DNA of 64,000 nucleotides from Phycisphaerae bacterium (GTDB taxonomy: Bacteria; Planctomycetota; Phycisphaerae; UBA1845; PWPN01): contig JAAYDF010000334.1 of the NCBI GenBank assembly GCA_012729395.1, positions 1,714 through 65,713 of the forward strand, given 5' to 3'. The notes below the pieces were generated by a model. It was not told the origin of the DNA. It ran no database searches and worked only from the letters and a program-made list of their open reading frames with translations. A program made the position numbers and the translations under genes. Within the stretch, counting starts at the first letter, position 1, and the number at the start of each line of letters is the position of its first letter. Shown here one piece after another: positions 36,422 to 44,748 of the stretch.

Positions 36422-37807
36422 ATGAATGCCGGGCCTGGCGCGGATGAGGCCGTATCCACGAGCGACACTGGACATGTGCAGGCCCGGCGGCCTGCGGGCA
36501 ACCCAACGCATCGGGCCAACAGGAGGTTCCGGTTGCCGCGTTTACCGACCTTGTCGCTGGTGCTGCTCACGGCCGCTTTGACGGCAGGGTCTGAACCGCA
36601 CGACCCCATCGCCCCGGGCGAACTGCCGCAATACATCTTCTTCAATCGCGTCCCCGGCAGGCTCTGGCAGCAACAGCGTCCAAGCAGCTTCACCGCAGCC
36701 GGCTTCACGGAGGTGGTCGATGACGCAGGCACCCGCGGCAATGATCGTCTGCGGATCGGGGTCAGCTTCATCTTCTCGATGCTCGAGGGCCCGCTGGACG
36801 TGCAGAGCAAGTCGCTGCGCCGCCTGCTCGAAGCCGCCGAGCAGGCCGATGTGCCTATCCTGATCACCCTCGATGGGCAAAACTGGTGGCAGAGTCGGCC
36901 CGACCTGTGGAACTGGTGGGATCCGGACCTCCCAGGCTTCGATGAGGCCAACCGCCACAACGTCGAGTGGACCGGCTGGGGCCCGGAGCACGCCATCAAG
37001 GTTTCCTGGCGCAACTGGGGCCAACAGGTCCGCGTCCGCCCCGCCCCCAACCTCGCGTCGCCGGCCTTCCTGGCCGAGCACTGGAAGGGCTACGACGCCC
37101 TGATACCCATCATCCTCGACTGGTATCGCCGCCTGCCGCCCGGGCGGCGCTACCTGTTCGGCGGCGTGAAGCTCGGGTGGGAAGCCTCCATCAACGTCAA
37201 CGCCTACCACTATCCCGATGGCAACCGCATCTTCGAGGCCTCACCCGGCGACGCGAGCAACGATCCGACCGAACGAGACATGACTCAAGGCTGGGCGTTC
37301 GGCGGGGCGAAGCTCGGCTATGCGGCCGCCTGCATGAGTGGGCTGCGGACCAGCGGCGAACTGACCCGCGAGGATATTGAGATCCTCGTGCACCAGTACC
37401 TGCGGCACCTGGTTCGCGAGGCACGCCGCCGCGAACTGCCCGCACACCTGCTCTTCACCCACCAGGGCGGCACGTACGAACCGTGGGACAAGCACATGTC
37501 GTTCAAGCCCGCGATCGTAGAGGAATCCATTCCTGGCTGGAGCTTCTATTCACACGATCCGCCGGACTGCGGCTCGCTGCCCACCGACCTCGAAGCCGCC
37601 GGCCGAACACAATGGGCGGCCGCCGAGTGGTGGCGCGGAGCCACGGATACGGCCGGCTGGGTGCAACGGTTCGAACGAACCCTGAGCTTCAAGCAGTGCC
37701 GCCACGTCTGCGTGTACAACTGGGAGACATTCGCCAAGATCCCCGAGGCCCTCGCCGCGGTGCGGGAACTCGTCGCCGCCACAACCCGCCCGGCGCCGAA
37801 TCGGTAG
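36422..37807 (+). CDS. Hypothetical secreted protein, possibly a glycoside-hydrolase-like barrel
   Basis: Signal-like RFRLPRLPTLSLVLLTAALTAG. Trp-rich conserved-looking blocks (DGQNWWQSRPDLWNWWDP, VKLGWEASIN, WAAAEWW). No family recognised. Confidence 0.6.
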   Translation: MNAGPGADEAVSTSDTGHVQARRPAGNPTHRANRRFRLPRLPTLSLVLLTAALTAGSEPHDPIAPGELPQYIFFNRVPGRLWQQQRPSSFTAAGFTEVVDDAGTRGNDRLRIGVSFIFSMLEGPLDVQSKSLRRLLEAAEQADVPILITLDGQNWWQSRPDLWNWWDPDLPGFDEANRHNVEWTGWGPEHAIKVSWRNWGQQVRVRPAPNLASPAFLAEHWKGYDALIPIILDWYRRLPPGRRYLFGGVKLGWEASINVNAYHYPDGNRIFEASPGDASNDPTERDMTQGWAFGGAKLGYAAACMSGLRTSGELTREDIEILVHQYLRHLVREARRRELPAHLLFTHQGGTYEPWDKHMSFKPAIVEESIPGWSFYSHDPPDCGSLPTDLEAAGRTQWAAAEWWRGATDTAGWVQRFERTLSFKQCRHVCVYNWETFAKIPEALAAVRELVAATTRPAPNR

Positions 37808-37939
37808 CCGAACACCAGCACATCAACAATTGGCGCCCGCCTGGAGCGTTGCACGATTCACCGTAGCGGTCGCCCCCAGACCTCGGCGAGCTCGCTGGAC
37901 GCCTGGCTCCTGCGGCAAAATGGCGAATGCCCAAGGCCC

Positions 37940-38051
37940 AATGACCAATCAATGACCAAGCCCGAAGCCAGAACGCCAACCGCGGGCGGGGACGTTGGTC
38001 ATGGGTCATTCGGACTTCATGGCTCATTGGGGCTTCGCCATGGGTCATTTC
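37940..38051. repeat. Imperfect inverted repeat built from aatgaccaa / ttggtcatt units
   Basis: aatgaccaa at 37940-37948 and 37951-37959. Inverted units ttggtcatgggtcatt at 37995-38010, plus 38017-38030 and 38039-38051. It lies between two convergent genes. Confidence 0.6.
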
Positions 38052-38096
38052 GACCGCGGATCGCGAGTTGCGCCCTACACAATCTGGTGAAACGCT

Positions 38097-40625
38097 CTAG
38101 TGTTTGAAGTGTCGAGTACCGGTCAGGATCATGGCCACGCCGGCCTGGTCACAGGCGGCGATGGTCTCGGCATCACGCTTGCCACCACCGGGCTGGATCA
38201 TCGCGGTGATACCGGCGGCGATGAGCTTGGCGGGGCCATCCGGGACCGGGAAGAACGCATCCCCCGCCGCCACCGCCCCGGCCAGCTTGTCGCCGTGGCC
38301 ATTCTCGTGGGCCAGTTGGATGGCCACATCGCAGCTCTTCACCCGTGACATCTGCCCCGCCCCGTTGCCCAGCAACATGCCGTCGCGGCAAATGCTGATC
38401 GCGTTGCTCTTGGTGTGCTTACAGACCAGCCAGGCAAATCGCAAATCTGACATCTCAGATTCCGAAGGGGCCCGTTGGGTGACTACCTTCCACTCATCTT
38501 CATTGAGGCCAAGCAGATCGCGGGTCTGCACGAGCATACCCCCTGCGATCTTGCGGTAGTCAAGGTCGTTGGGGTCGGGCGGCGCGCTCATGTCGCCGAC
38601 GGCCAGCAGGCGGCAACTCGCCCCCCACTTGCGCTTCTCGGTCGGCGTGGTGATGAGATCGACCGCGTCGTCGTCGAAGCCCGGTGCGATCCAGACGTCC
38701 AGCTTGAAGAAGGACGCCCCGGCCGCCTTGCCCCAGGCCTGGAAGGTGTTCATCACCGTCTGGGCGAAGTCGCGGGTGACGGCGAAGTTGACGCACAGCA
38801 CGCCCCCTGCCGCCGCGATCGGATCGCCCAGATACGCCCGCCGGTACGTGTCGATCGGGTCATCCCCCACCGCACACCCACACGCGTTGGTATGCTTGAT
38901 AAACGCGACAGCGCAGCCGCTCGTCAACGAAGCTCCGCCCAAAGAGCCGCGGGCTTCAGCCCGCGCGGTCATCGGAAGTCGTGAGACGCCCCGCCCTCCC
39001 TCGACGCCAGAGATCACCGCCCCCCGGAATGAGCCCCCGCAAAGCATCCCCTGCTGTCCCAGAACGTAATCCACGGCGGCGCAGACATCCTCCTGCGCCT
39101 TGATGTGCCGGGTAGAGCCCGATTTCGTCCACCAGCGCGAACCGGCAGGCAAGGCAAAGCGTTTGCCCAGTTCCCGCGAGGTACTGCCTTTGAACAACTG
39201 CAGGAGCTCGTCGCCTTGCCGCTCCGTCTGGCAGAGGAGGTGCACGTGATTGCTCATCACACTCAGTGCCAGCAGGCCGATGCCGTGCCGATGAGCCACG
39301 TCTATCAGCGCTTCAAACGCGCAGAGAGCCTGCTCGCTAGACAACAGAACAGGCTCTCCGCCCATCCGCTCACGCGCCGATTCGGATACATCCCTCTCTG
39401 CCGCCGAGTACGGCGTACCGGGGACATTGTGCACAATGTGTGCGCCTTGGTCCGTGGGTGTTCGGCTTACAAACCCTCGCGGATCGCCGGGCAGCCATTG
39501 GCCATAGGTCGTCCAGGTGAGTAGCCATTTTCGAATCGACGAATCAGGGGGAGAGAACGCGTCCGCAGGAAGCCCCACCGCGCGGGCTGAAGCCCGCGGC
39601 TCGTTGCTTGGCGAATCCGCGTTTGCACTGCTCCCAGGCACCGCGCGGGCTGAAGCCCGCGGCTCTTTGGCCGCCCGCGTCAGCTCCTTCACCAGGGACA
39701 ATGCCGCGTCGCCATCGACGTAGTTGTTGAACGAGAGAGGGGACTCGGAAACCTGCTCCGACCACACCAACGTCGCTTCTTGCTCCGAATGCACCTGCGT
39801 CGCTTCTCGCCCTAGCCGTGCGTGCATCGCTCCCTGATCTGGTGCCGAGGGTGTGGCCCCCATCCCAAACACACTGCGGAAACTCCACAATGCCGCATCC
39901 TGGGCGGGGTTCTCCCCGTAACGGAGCAGGTGATCACGACTCAAAGCGACGATCGCATGCGCAGGTGGCGGCACAGGCGGGCCACTGTCACCTCTCCGCT
40001 CGGCAAGGCGCTGGAGCATGTGGCCGAAGAAGCTGCTGAAATGCTGGTATACGGCAAGATCGTAGCCGCTGGTGGTCTCGAATACGTTGATCGCACAAGC
40101 CAGCCTGAACCCGTAACCGCAGCAGCCGGTACAAGCCCGCAGAGCATCCAGGACATCCTTGTACTGCTGTCGCAAACAAGCCACGAGAACGCCGCTATGA
40201 TTCTTCGCCGCGGCGCGGAGCATGCAAGGGCCGCCAATGTCGATCATCTCGATGGCGTCCTCGAACTTGCAGTTCGGGTCCGCGACGGTCTTCTCGAACG
40301 GGTAGAGGTTGACCACCACCATGTCGATCGGCTGGATGCCGTGCTCGGCCAGTTGCCGCATGTGGTCCGGGTTGTCGCGGTCGGCGAGGATCGCGGCGTG
40401 GATCTTGGGGTGCAGGGTCTTCACCCGGCCGTCAAGCATCTCGGGAAACCCGGTGACCTGCTCAACCATGGTCACGGGAATGCCGGCCTCCTTCAGGTGC
40501 TTGGCCGTACCGCCGGTGGAGATGATCTCGATGCCGAACTCGTCCACCAAGGCACGGGCAAAGTCGGCGATACCGGTCTTGTCATACACCGCAATCAGGG
40601 CGCGTTGAATCTTGAGTGTGTCCAT
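38097..40625 (-). CDS. purH: Bifunctional AICAR transformylase / IMP cyclohydrolase PurH, interrupted in frame by a RAYT-REP element
   Basis: The N-terminal MGS-like domain (ALIAVYDKTGI, STGGTAK, DGRVKTLHPKIH, VVVNLYPF, DIGGP) and the AICARFT domain (LRYGENP, LSFNNYVDGDAA, FIKHTNACG, KHTKSNAI, GAGQMSRV, DAFFPF, IQPGGS-like QPGGGKRD, RHFKH) form one 842-codon ORF. About 250 codons in the middle are foreign. Confidence 0.85.
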   Translation of the reverse strand: MDTLKIQRALIAVYDKTGIADFARALVDEFGIEIISTGGTAKHLKEAGIPVTMVEQVTGFPEMLDGRVKTLHPKIHAAILADRDNPDHMRQLAEHGIQPIDMVVVNLYPFEKTVADPNCKFEDAIEMIDIGGPCMLRAAAKNHSGVLVACLRQQYKDVLDALRACTGCCGYGFRLACAINVFETTSGYDLAVYQHFSSFFGHMLQRLAERRGDSGPPVPPPAHAIVALSRDHLLRYGENPAQDAALWSFRSVFGMGATPSAPDQGAMHARLGREATQVHSEQEATLVWSEQVSESPLSFNNYVDGDAALSLVKELTRAAKEPRASARAVPGSSANADSPSNEPRASARAVGLPADAFSPPDSSIRKWLLTWTTYGQWLPGDPRGFVSRTPTDQGAHIVHNVPGTPYSAAERDVSESARERMGGEPVLLSSEQALCAFEALIDVAHRHGIGLLALSVMSNHVHLLCQTERQGDELLQLFKGSTSRELGKRFALPAGSRWWTKSGSTRHIKAQEDVCAAVDYVLGQQGMLCGGSFRGAVISGVEGGRGVSRLPMTARAEARGSLGGASLTSGCAVAFIKHTNACGCAVGDDPIDTYRRAYLGDPIAAAGGVLCVNFAVTRDFAQTVMNTFQAWGKAAGASFFKLDVWIAPGFDDDAVDLITTPTEKRKWGASCRLLAVGDMSAPPDPNDLDYRKIAGGMLVQTRDLLGLNEDEWKVVTQRAPSESEMSDLRFAWLVCKHTKSNAISICRDGMLLGNGAGQMSRVKSCDVAIQLAHENGHGDKLAGAVAAGDAFFPVPDGPAKLIAAGITAMIQPGGGKRDAETIAACDQAGVAMILTGTRHFKH
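38944..38969 (-). repeat. REP family 1 hairpin (inverted relative to the other two in purH)
   Basis: gagccgcgggcttcagcccgcgcggt on the + strand. Translated within purH as TARAEARGS. Confidence 0.8.
39577..39613 (+). repeat. REP family 1 hairpin with gttgcttggcg tail
   Basis: accgcgcgggctgaagcccgcggctc has a 7-bp core stem (cgcgggc / gcccgcg) with loop tgaa. Translated within purH as EPRASARAV. Confidence 0.8.
39640..39670 (+). repeat. REP family 1 hairpin
   Basis: Its 26-nt core is identical to the copy at 39577-39602, 63 nt away and in direct orientation. Also translated as EPRASARAV. Confidence 0.8.
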
Positions 40626-40787
40626 GGGGGCTCATCATAGCGAGTGCGCCTGAAGCGACAAAGAGACAATTCGCAGACCAAGCGACAAAGGGATGATTGA
40701 CGAAGGAATCGCGAGCCTGCTCGCCTCTTGGCGAGACAGCCATCGAGCAGCATTCGTGAGGTCGCCCCCCCACTCCGCACTCGCGCT

Positions 40788-42170
40788 TCACTGCTCGATA
40801 CGACGGGTCGATCGCAGAGGATCGGCCAACAGCATCTCGTCGTAGCTAGGCGGCGGACCTTGCTCAGTAGCGGGGGAAGCGGCGGTCTCGGCTTCGGCTT
40901 CCTCCTGCGTTGCAGGCTGAGCTTGCTCGGCGGGTTGGCCGACGGACGGGGCCGCGACCGGCTTGAGCCGAAAGTCCGCGAGGGTCAGAGCCGGGGCCCC
41001 AATGGGCCGCAGGCAGCGGATCTCGCCCCGGGCGTTAGTCAGCAGAATGGCGTCGTTCCAGGGGTTGCTCAGGGCATCAGCCAAGGGGCAGATTTCCAGC
41101 AACTCGGCCAGCTCACCGCGGGCGGGATCCCACAGGGCAATCCGCCCACCGGTCTGGAGCACCGCGACACGGCTGGGTAGTTCTGCCAGGAAAGCCCGGC
41201 CGGCCGGGTCACGCCAATTGGGCCGCGTCCGCTCGAGCCCAATGCGGTGCAGCCCCTCATTCCGCGTCGCTTGGTAAACGGCATCCTTGGTCACGATGGG
41301 GCCGCCCTCGGGGCGATCCGCCAGCCGATACTGCCAGACCACGTCGCCGGTCACCCGCTCAACAGCGTGCAGAATGCGATCCATGGTGGCAACGTAGACG
41401 TTCCGCCCATCGACGGCCAACCAGCCAAGCGGCCTGGCCCCCAGTTGCCGCGAGAACCGGTTCATGCGACCGGAGCTCATGGCGGTCATACTGCCGCTGT
41501 CGTCGACGACCACCAGGGTGTCATCCCCTAAGACGTAGACCGGGGCCAGACTGAGCGTTCCGTTGGCCGACGCGGTCCATTCCACCAGCCCGTCGGTGAT
41601 GTTGAGGCACGTCATGCGGTACTGCGGGCTGACCTGGAAGAGCCATTCCTCGGCGGCGGCGACGGAGGCGTTATTCGTGGCGGGCAGGCGGCCACGCCGC
41701 AACTCGGCCCCACTCTGCGGATCAAGGAAAAGGACGTCACGGACGCGACTGAAGGCGACCGCCTGCATGCTGTGACCGATGGCCACATCGTGGGCGCCGG
41801 CCTCGTCGGCGGTCAGCGTCAGGTTGGCTGAAACCGGCGGCCAGATGACCTCGAACTCCTCGGCCACCTTGCGGGCCCAGGCATATTCGCCGGTATCCGC
41901 CCGGACGGCATACACCACCCCCGTCGAGGCGATGGCGTAGATGTACCCGTCCACCAAGTGGTAGGAGCGAATGGACGCCGACAGCCTGATCGGGAGCGAG
42001 GTTTGCCAGGCCGTGCGCACGCGGGCCAGCCCCATTTGCGGCCCGGCCCAAGGCCCCAAAGGGGCGGCGGCGTGAGCGACAGCGGCGGTCAGGCCGGCGA
42101 GCAACAGGGTCCAACGGGCCGCCCACGCTCGGCGAGCAGCGGGACAACACCCGGGCAGGGATGGGTTCAT
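40788..42170 (-). CDS. PQQ-like beta-propeller repeat protein (BamB-like)
   Basis: Signal peptide (RWTLLLAGLTAAVAHAAAP). Repeated blades with D/G-x-hydrophobic-Y-ali and W motifs (VVYAVRADTGEYAW, DGLVEWT, GDVVWQY). Acidic/Pro-rich tail. Confidence 0.75.
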   Translation of the reverse strand: MNPSLPGCCPAARRAWAARWTLLLAGLTAAVAHAAAPLGPWAGPQMGLARVRTAWQTSLPIRLSASIRSYHLVDGYIYAIASTGVVYAVRADTGEYAWARKVAEEFEVIWPPVSANLTLTADEAGAHDVAIGHSMQAVAFSRVRDVLFLDPQSGAELRRGRLPATNNASVAAAEEWLFQVSPQYRMTCLNITDGLVEWTASANGTLSLAPVYVLGDDTLVVVDDSGSMTAMSSGRMNRFSRQLGARPLGWLAVDGRNVYVATMDRILHAVERVTGDVVWQYRLADRPEGGPIVTKDAVYQATRNEGLHRIGLERTRPNWRDPAGRAFLAELPSRVAVLQTGGRIALWDPARGELAELLEICPLADALSNPWNDAILLTNARGEIRCLRPIGAPALTLADFRLKPVAAPSVGQPAEQAQPATQEEAEAETAASPATEQGPPPSYDEMLLADPLRSTRRIEQ

Positions 42171-42484
42171 GCTGGGCACCTCACAAGATATTTCCGGAAC
42201 CATTCAATCCGGCCGAGAGCCCCCGGTCAAGAGCTTGGGCGGAAAAAGGGTTCGGGGGCTTGCAAAGGCGGACCGGGCCAGTTAGTCTTTGCCCGAGGCG
42301 CATGGTAGAGCGGGAGTTGTGTTTGCACCGCCACCGACCCGCCGGGTCGCTGCCTCGGCCCGATTGTTGAGTGCCAGCCCGCAGGCTGGGGTAAGCCGGT
42401 TCCAGCCCGGCAGGGTCCTCCCTCCTCGAGGCCTCCGAGGTTTGGGCTTGGTGGAACCTTGGATATGCAAGCAGGAGCCTGTAG

Positions 42485-43372
42485 TTGACCACCACAACGA
42501 AGATCTTCGTGATTCTGGTGTGCCTGTTCTCGTTCGTGTTTGTGCCCTTGGCGGTGTCCTTCGCCGCCCGGACGCATAACTGGCGAAAGCTGGCCGATGA
42601 CTATCGCAGTGAACTGGCTATCGCTTACGCCAACGAGCGAAGCGTCATGGCCATTGCCGCCTCTGAGATCGAGCGGCACAAGGCCCTGCGGGACAAGGAG
42701 CGTGAGCGCTGCGAGACGCTGGACCGCCAGGTCAAGGACCTGCAGACGCAGAACGCCGAGCTGGTCCGCGAGCGCGACGACCTGGCCCGAAGCCGCGATG
42801 ACTGGACCATCTCCACGCGGCTGCTGACCGCCGAGATGGCCGTCAAGACCCAGCATAACGAGGAACTGCTCGACGCAAAGGAAAAGGCCCTGGAACGTGA
42901 GCGCGAGTTGCGCATCCGCAATATCCAGCTCAACGATCGAGTCAAAGAGCTTGACGCCAAGCTCGTGGTGGTGACTCAGCAACTGCGGCAGAAGCTGGAC
43001 GAGATCGCGGCCTACCGGGACGAGAACGAACGTCTGCGGAAGGCCTCGGGGCTTGGCACCGCGAGCAGCATCCTGGTGTCCTCGCCAACACCGTCGGCCC
43101 GGGCTGAAGGCGCGGCCGCTCCAAGCCCAGTCTACGGCACGGTGACCAAGGTCCAAGGTTCGCTGGCAACAATCGATGTGGGAAGCCTGGCGGGGGTGCA
43201 GAAGGGAGCCCGGATGGTGGTGCTGCGAAACGGCACAGAGTACGTCTGCGACCTGCAGATCACCGATCAGGTTCAGCCGACGGAAGCGGTCGGCGAAGTC
43301 CTGCTGGAACGCGACAAACGCATCCAGCCTGGCGACAAAGTCGAGGACGCCGAGAGTTTCAACCGTCGCTAG
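42485..43372 (+). CDS. Membrane-anchored coiled-coil protein with C-terminal beta domain
   Basis: aggag RBS 7 nt before TTG 42485. TM helix (IFVILVCLFSFVFVPLAVSF), then about 170 aa with heptad-like charged repeats, then a beta-rich domain (VYGTVTKVQGSLATIDVGSLAGVQKGARMVVL). Confidence 0.7.
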   Translation: MTTTTKIFVILVCLFSFVFVPLAVSFAARTHNWRKLADDYRSELAIAYANERSVMAIAASEIERHKALRDKERERCETLDRQVKDLQTQNAELVRERDDLARSRDDWTISTRLLTAEMAVKTQHNEELLDAKEKALERERELRIRNIQLNDRVKELDAKLVVVTQQLRQKLDEIAAYRDENERLRKASGLGTASSILVSSPTPSARAEGAAAPSPVYGTVTKVQGSLATIDVGSLAGVQKGARMVVLRNGTEYVCDLQITDQVQPTEAVGEVLLERDKRIQPGDKVEDAESFNRR

Positions 43373-43412
43373 GATTCGATGTACCGCTTTCGCTCTGCCA
43401 AGGAGAAGCCCG

Positions 43413-43574
43413 ATGGCCCCTGTCGGTCCAAAGAACAACCAGGTTGCCCCGGCGGATGATCTGTACACCACGTTGTTGATTATTTCGGCCGCCGTGCTAT
43501 TGATCGGGATCGTGTTCCTGGCGGTGCGCTCGGTTCAGATCTTCGAGTCGCTCTGGCCGGCCGGGGGTGGTTGA
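43413..43574 (+). CDS. Small (53 aa) single-TM protein
   Basis: aggaga RBS 6 nt before ATG 43413. One TM helix (LYTTLLIISAAVLLIGIVFLAV). Sits between the coiled-coil gene and mreB. Confidence 0.5.
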   Translation: MAPVGPKNNQVAPADDLYTTLLIISAAVLLIGIVFLAVRSVQIFESLWPAGGG

Positions 43575-43695
43575 GTCGACCCGCTGAGACCGGCGCAGCT
43601 TGGCGGTCTGCGACCGGTCCTTCGCCGCCTCGTGGGGAGAGATCCCGCCAACGAGTCGGCTCGATCCTGCTACAGTTGGGTGGAAGGGTGACCTC

Positions 43696-44748
43696 GTGAT
43701 CCTCAACTCGCTACTGGGGCTGTTCAGTCTGGACATGGGAATCGACCTGGGTACGTGCAACACGCTGGTGTGCGTGCGCGGACAGGGGATCGTGTTGAAC
43801 GAGCCTTCGGTAGTGGCCGTCAAGAAAGGCACCAACCGCGTGCTCAAGAACGGCAACGCGGTGGGCCTGGTGGCCAAAGAGATGATCGGCAAAACGCCGG
43901 GGACGATCACCGCGATCCGGCCGATGATGGACGGGGTCATCGCCGACTTCGACATCACCGAGGCCATGCTGGCGTACTTCATCCGCAAGGTTCACGGCCG
44001 ACGGTCGTTCGTCATGCCGCGCGTGGTCATCGCGGTCCCCTCGGGCATCACCGCGGTGGAGAAGCGGGCGGTCTACAACTCCGCGGAACGCGCGGGTGCC
44101 CGACGGGTGTATCTGGTTCCGGAACCCCAAGCGGCGGCGATCGGGGCCGGGCTCCCGGTAGCTGAGCCGCGGGCCTCCATGATGATCGACATCGGGGGCG
44201 GAACGACCGAGGTCGCGATCTTGTCGTTGGCCGACATCTGCGTGTGCGAGTCGATCCGAGTCGCCGGCGACGATATGGATGAGGCGATCATCAACTACCT
44301 CAAGCGAACCTACAATCTCATGATCGGCCAGCCGATGGCCGAACGAATCAAAATCGAGATCGGCTCAGCGTCCCCATTGCCCGAAGAACGGACGATGGAG
44401 GTCCGGGGGCGGGATATGATCAGCGGCCTGCCACGAAAAACGATCATCGGCAGCGAAGAAGTCCGCGAGGCGCTCAAGGAGCCGATCGGACTCATCGTCG
44501 AGGCCGCCGTACGAACGCTGGAAAAAGCCGAGCCGGAACTGGCGGCGGACTTGAGTGAAGACGGGATCTGCCTCGCGGGCGGCGGAGCCCTGATCCGCGG
44601 GCTGGATACCGTGCTGGGGCAGACCACGGGATTGTCGGTCCGCGTTGCCGATGATCCCCTCACCTGCGTCGCCCGCGGCACCAGCGTCTTCCTCGAGAAC
44701 CTCAACGACTGGAAGGACACCCTGGAATCGACCGAGGATGACATGTGA
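43696..44748 (+). CDS. mreB: Rod shape-determining actin homologue MreB
   Basis: LGLFSLDMGIDLGTCNTLV, NEPSVVAV, DIGGGTTEVAI and LAGGGALIRGLD. GTG 43696 was chosen so the N-terminus matches the usual MreB length. Confidence 0.95.
   Translation: MILNSLLGLFSLDMGIDLGTCNTLVCVRGQGIVLNEPSVVAVKKGTNRVLKNGNAVGLVAKEMIGKTPGTITAIRPMMDGVIADFDITEAMLAYFIRKVHGRRSFVMPRVVIAVPSGITAVEKRAVYNSAERAGARRVYLVPEPQAAAIGAGLPVAEPRASMMIDIGGGTTEVAILSLADICVCESIRVAGDDMDEAIINYLKRTYNLMIGQPMAERIKIEIGSASPLPEERTMEVRGRDMISGLPRKTIIGSEEVREALKEPIGLIVEAAVRTLEKAEPELAADLSEDGICLAGGGALIRGLDTVLGQTTGLSVRVADDPLTCVARGTSVFLENLNDWKDTLESTEDDM

Larger units (their letters stand above)
38919..39668 (-). mobile_element. REP-RAYT unit: IS200-like Y1 (REP-associated) tyrosine transposase core flanked by REP family 1 hairpins, in frame within purH
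   Basis: The core at about 39036-39536 encodes WLLTWTTYGQWLPGDPRGFV, the HUH motif SNHVHLLC and the candidate catalytic Tyr in AAVDYVLGQ. Two REPs lie 5-prime of it (39640-39665, 39577-39602) and one inverted REP lies 3-prime (38944-38969). Boundaries are approximate. Confidence 0.8.

Noticed and set aside
35261-36511. 416-aa minus-strand ORF
   Set aside because: Antisense to the PfkB kinase, which has GGGDSF and other signatures. Shadow ORF.
38919-39668. Intein, group I intron or IStron explanation for the purH insert
   Set aside because: The junctions show no intein blocks: no Cys/Ser/Thr nucleophile context and no HN-Cys/Ser/Thr at the C-junction. I could not recognise any ribozyme-like conserved core. 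The HUH plus Tyr transposase motifs and the flanking REP hairpins fit a RAYT unit. RNA-level removal cannot be excluded from sequence alone.
42203-42485. Structured-looking 280-nt intergenic region (hairpin ccagcc-cgca-ggctgg and others) as a possible 6S, SRP or other ncRNA
   Set aside because: I could not recognise conserved motifs of SRP RNA, 6S RNA, RNase P RNA or tmRNA. GC-rich DNA forms such hairpins readily. A covariance-model scan would be needed.
42227-43471. 414-aa minus-strand ORF
   Set aside because: Antisense to the coiled-coil protein gene and without motifs. The plus-strand gene has an RBS, a TM helix and heptad periodicity.
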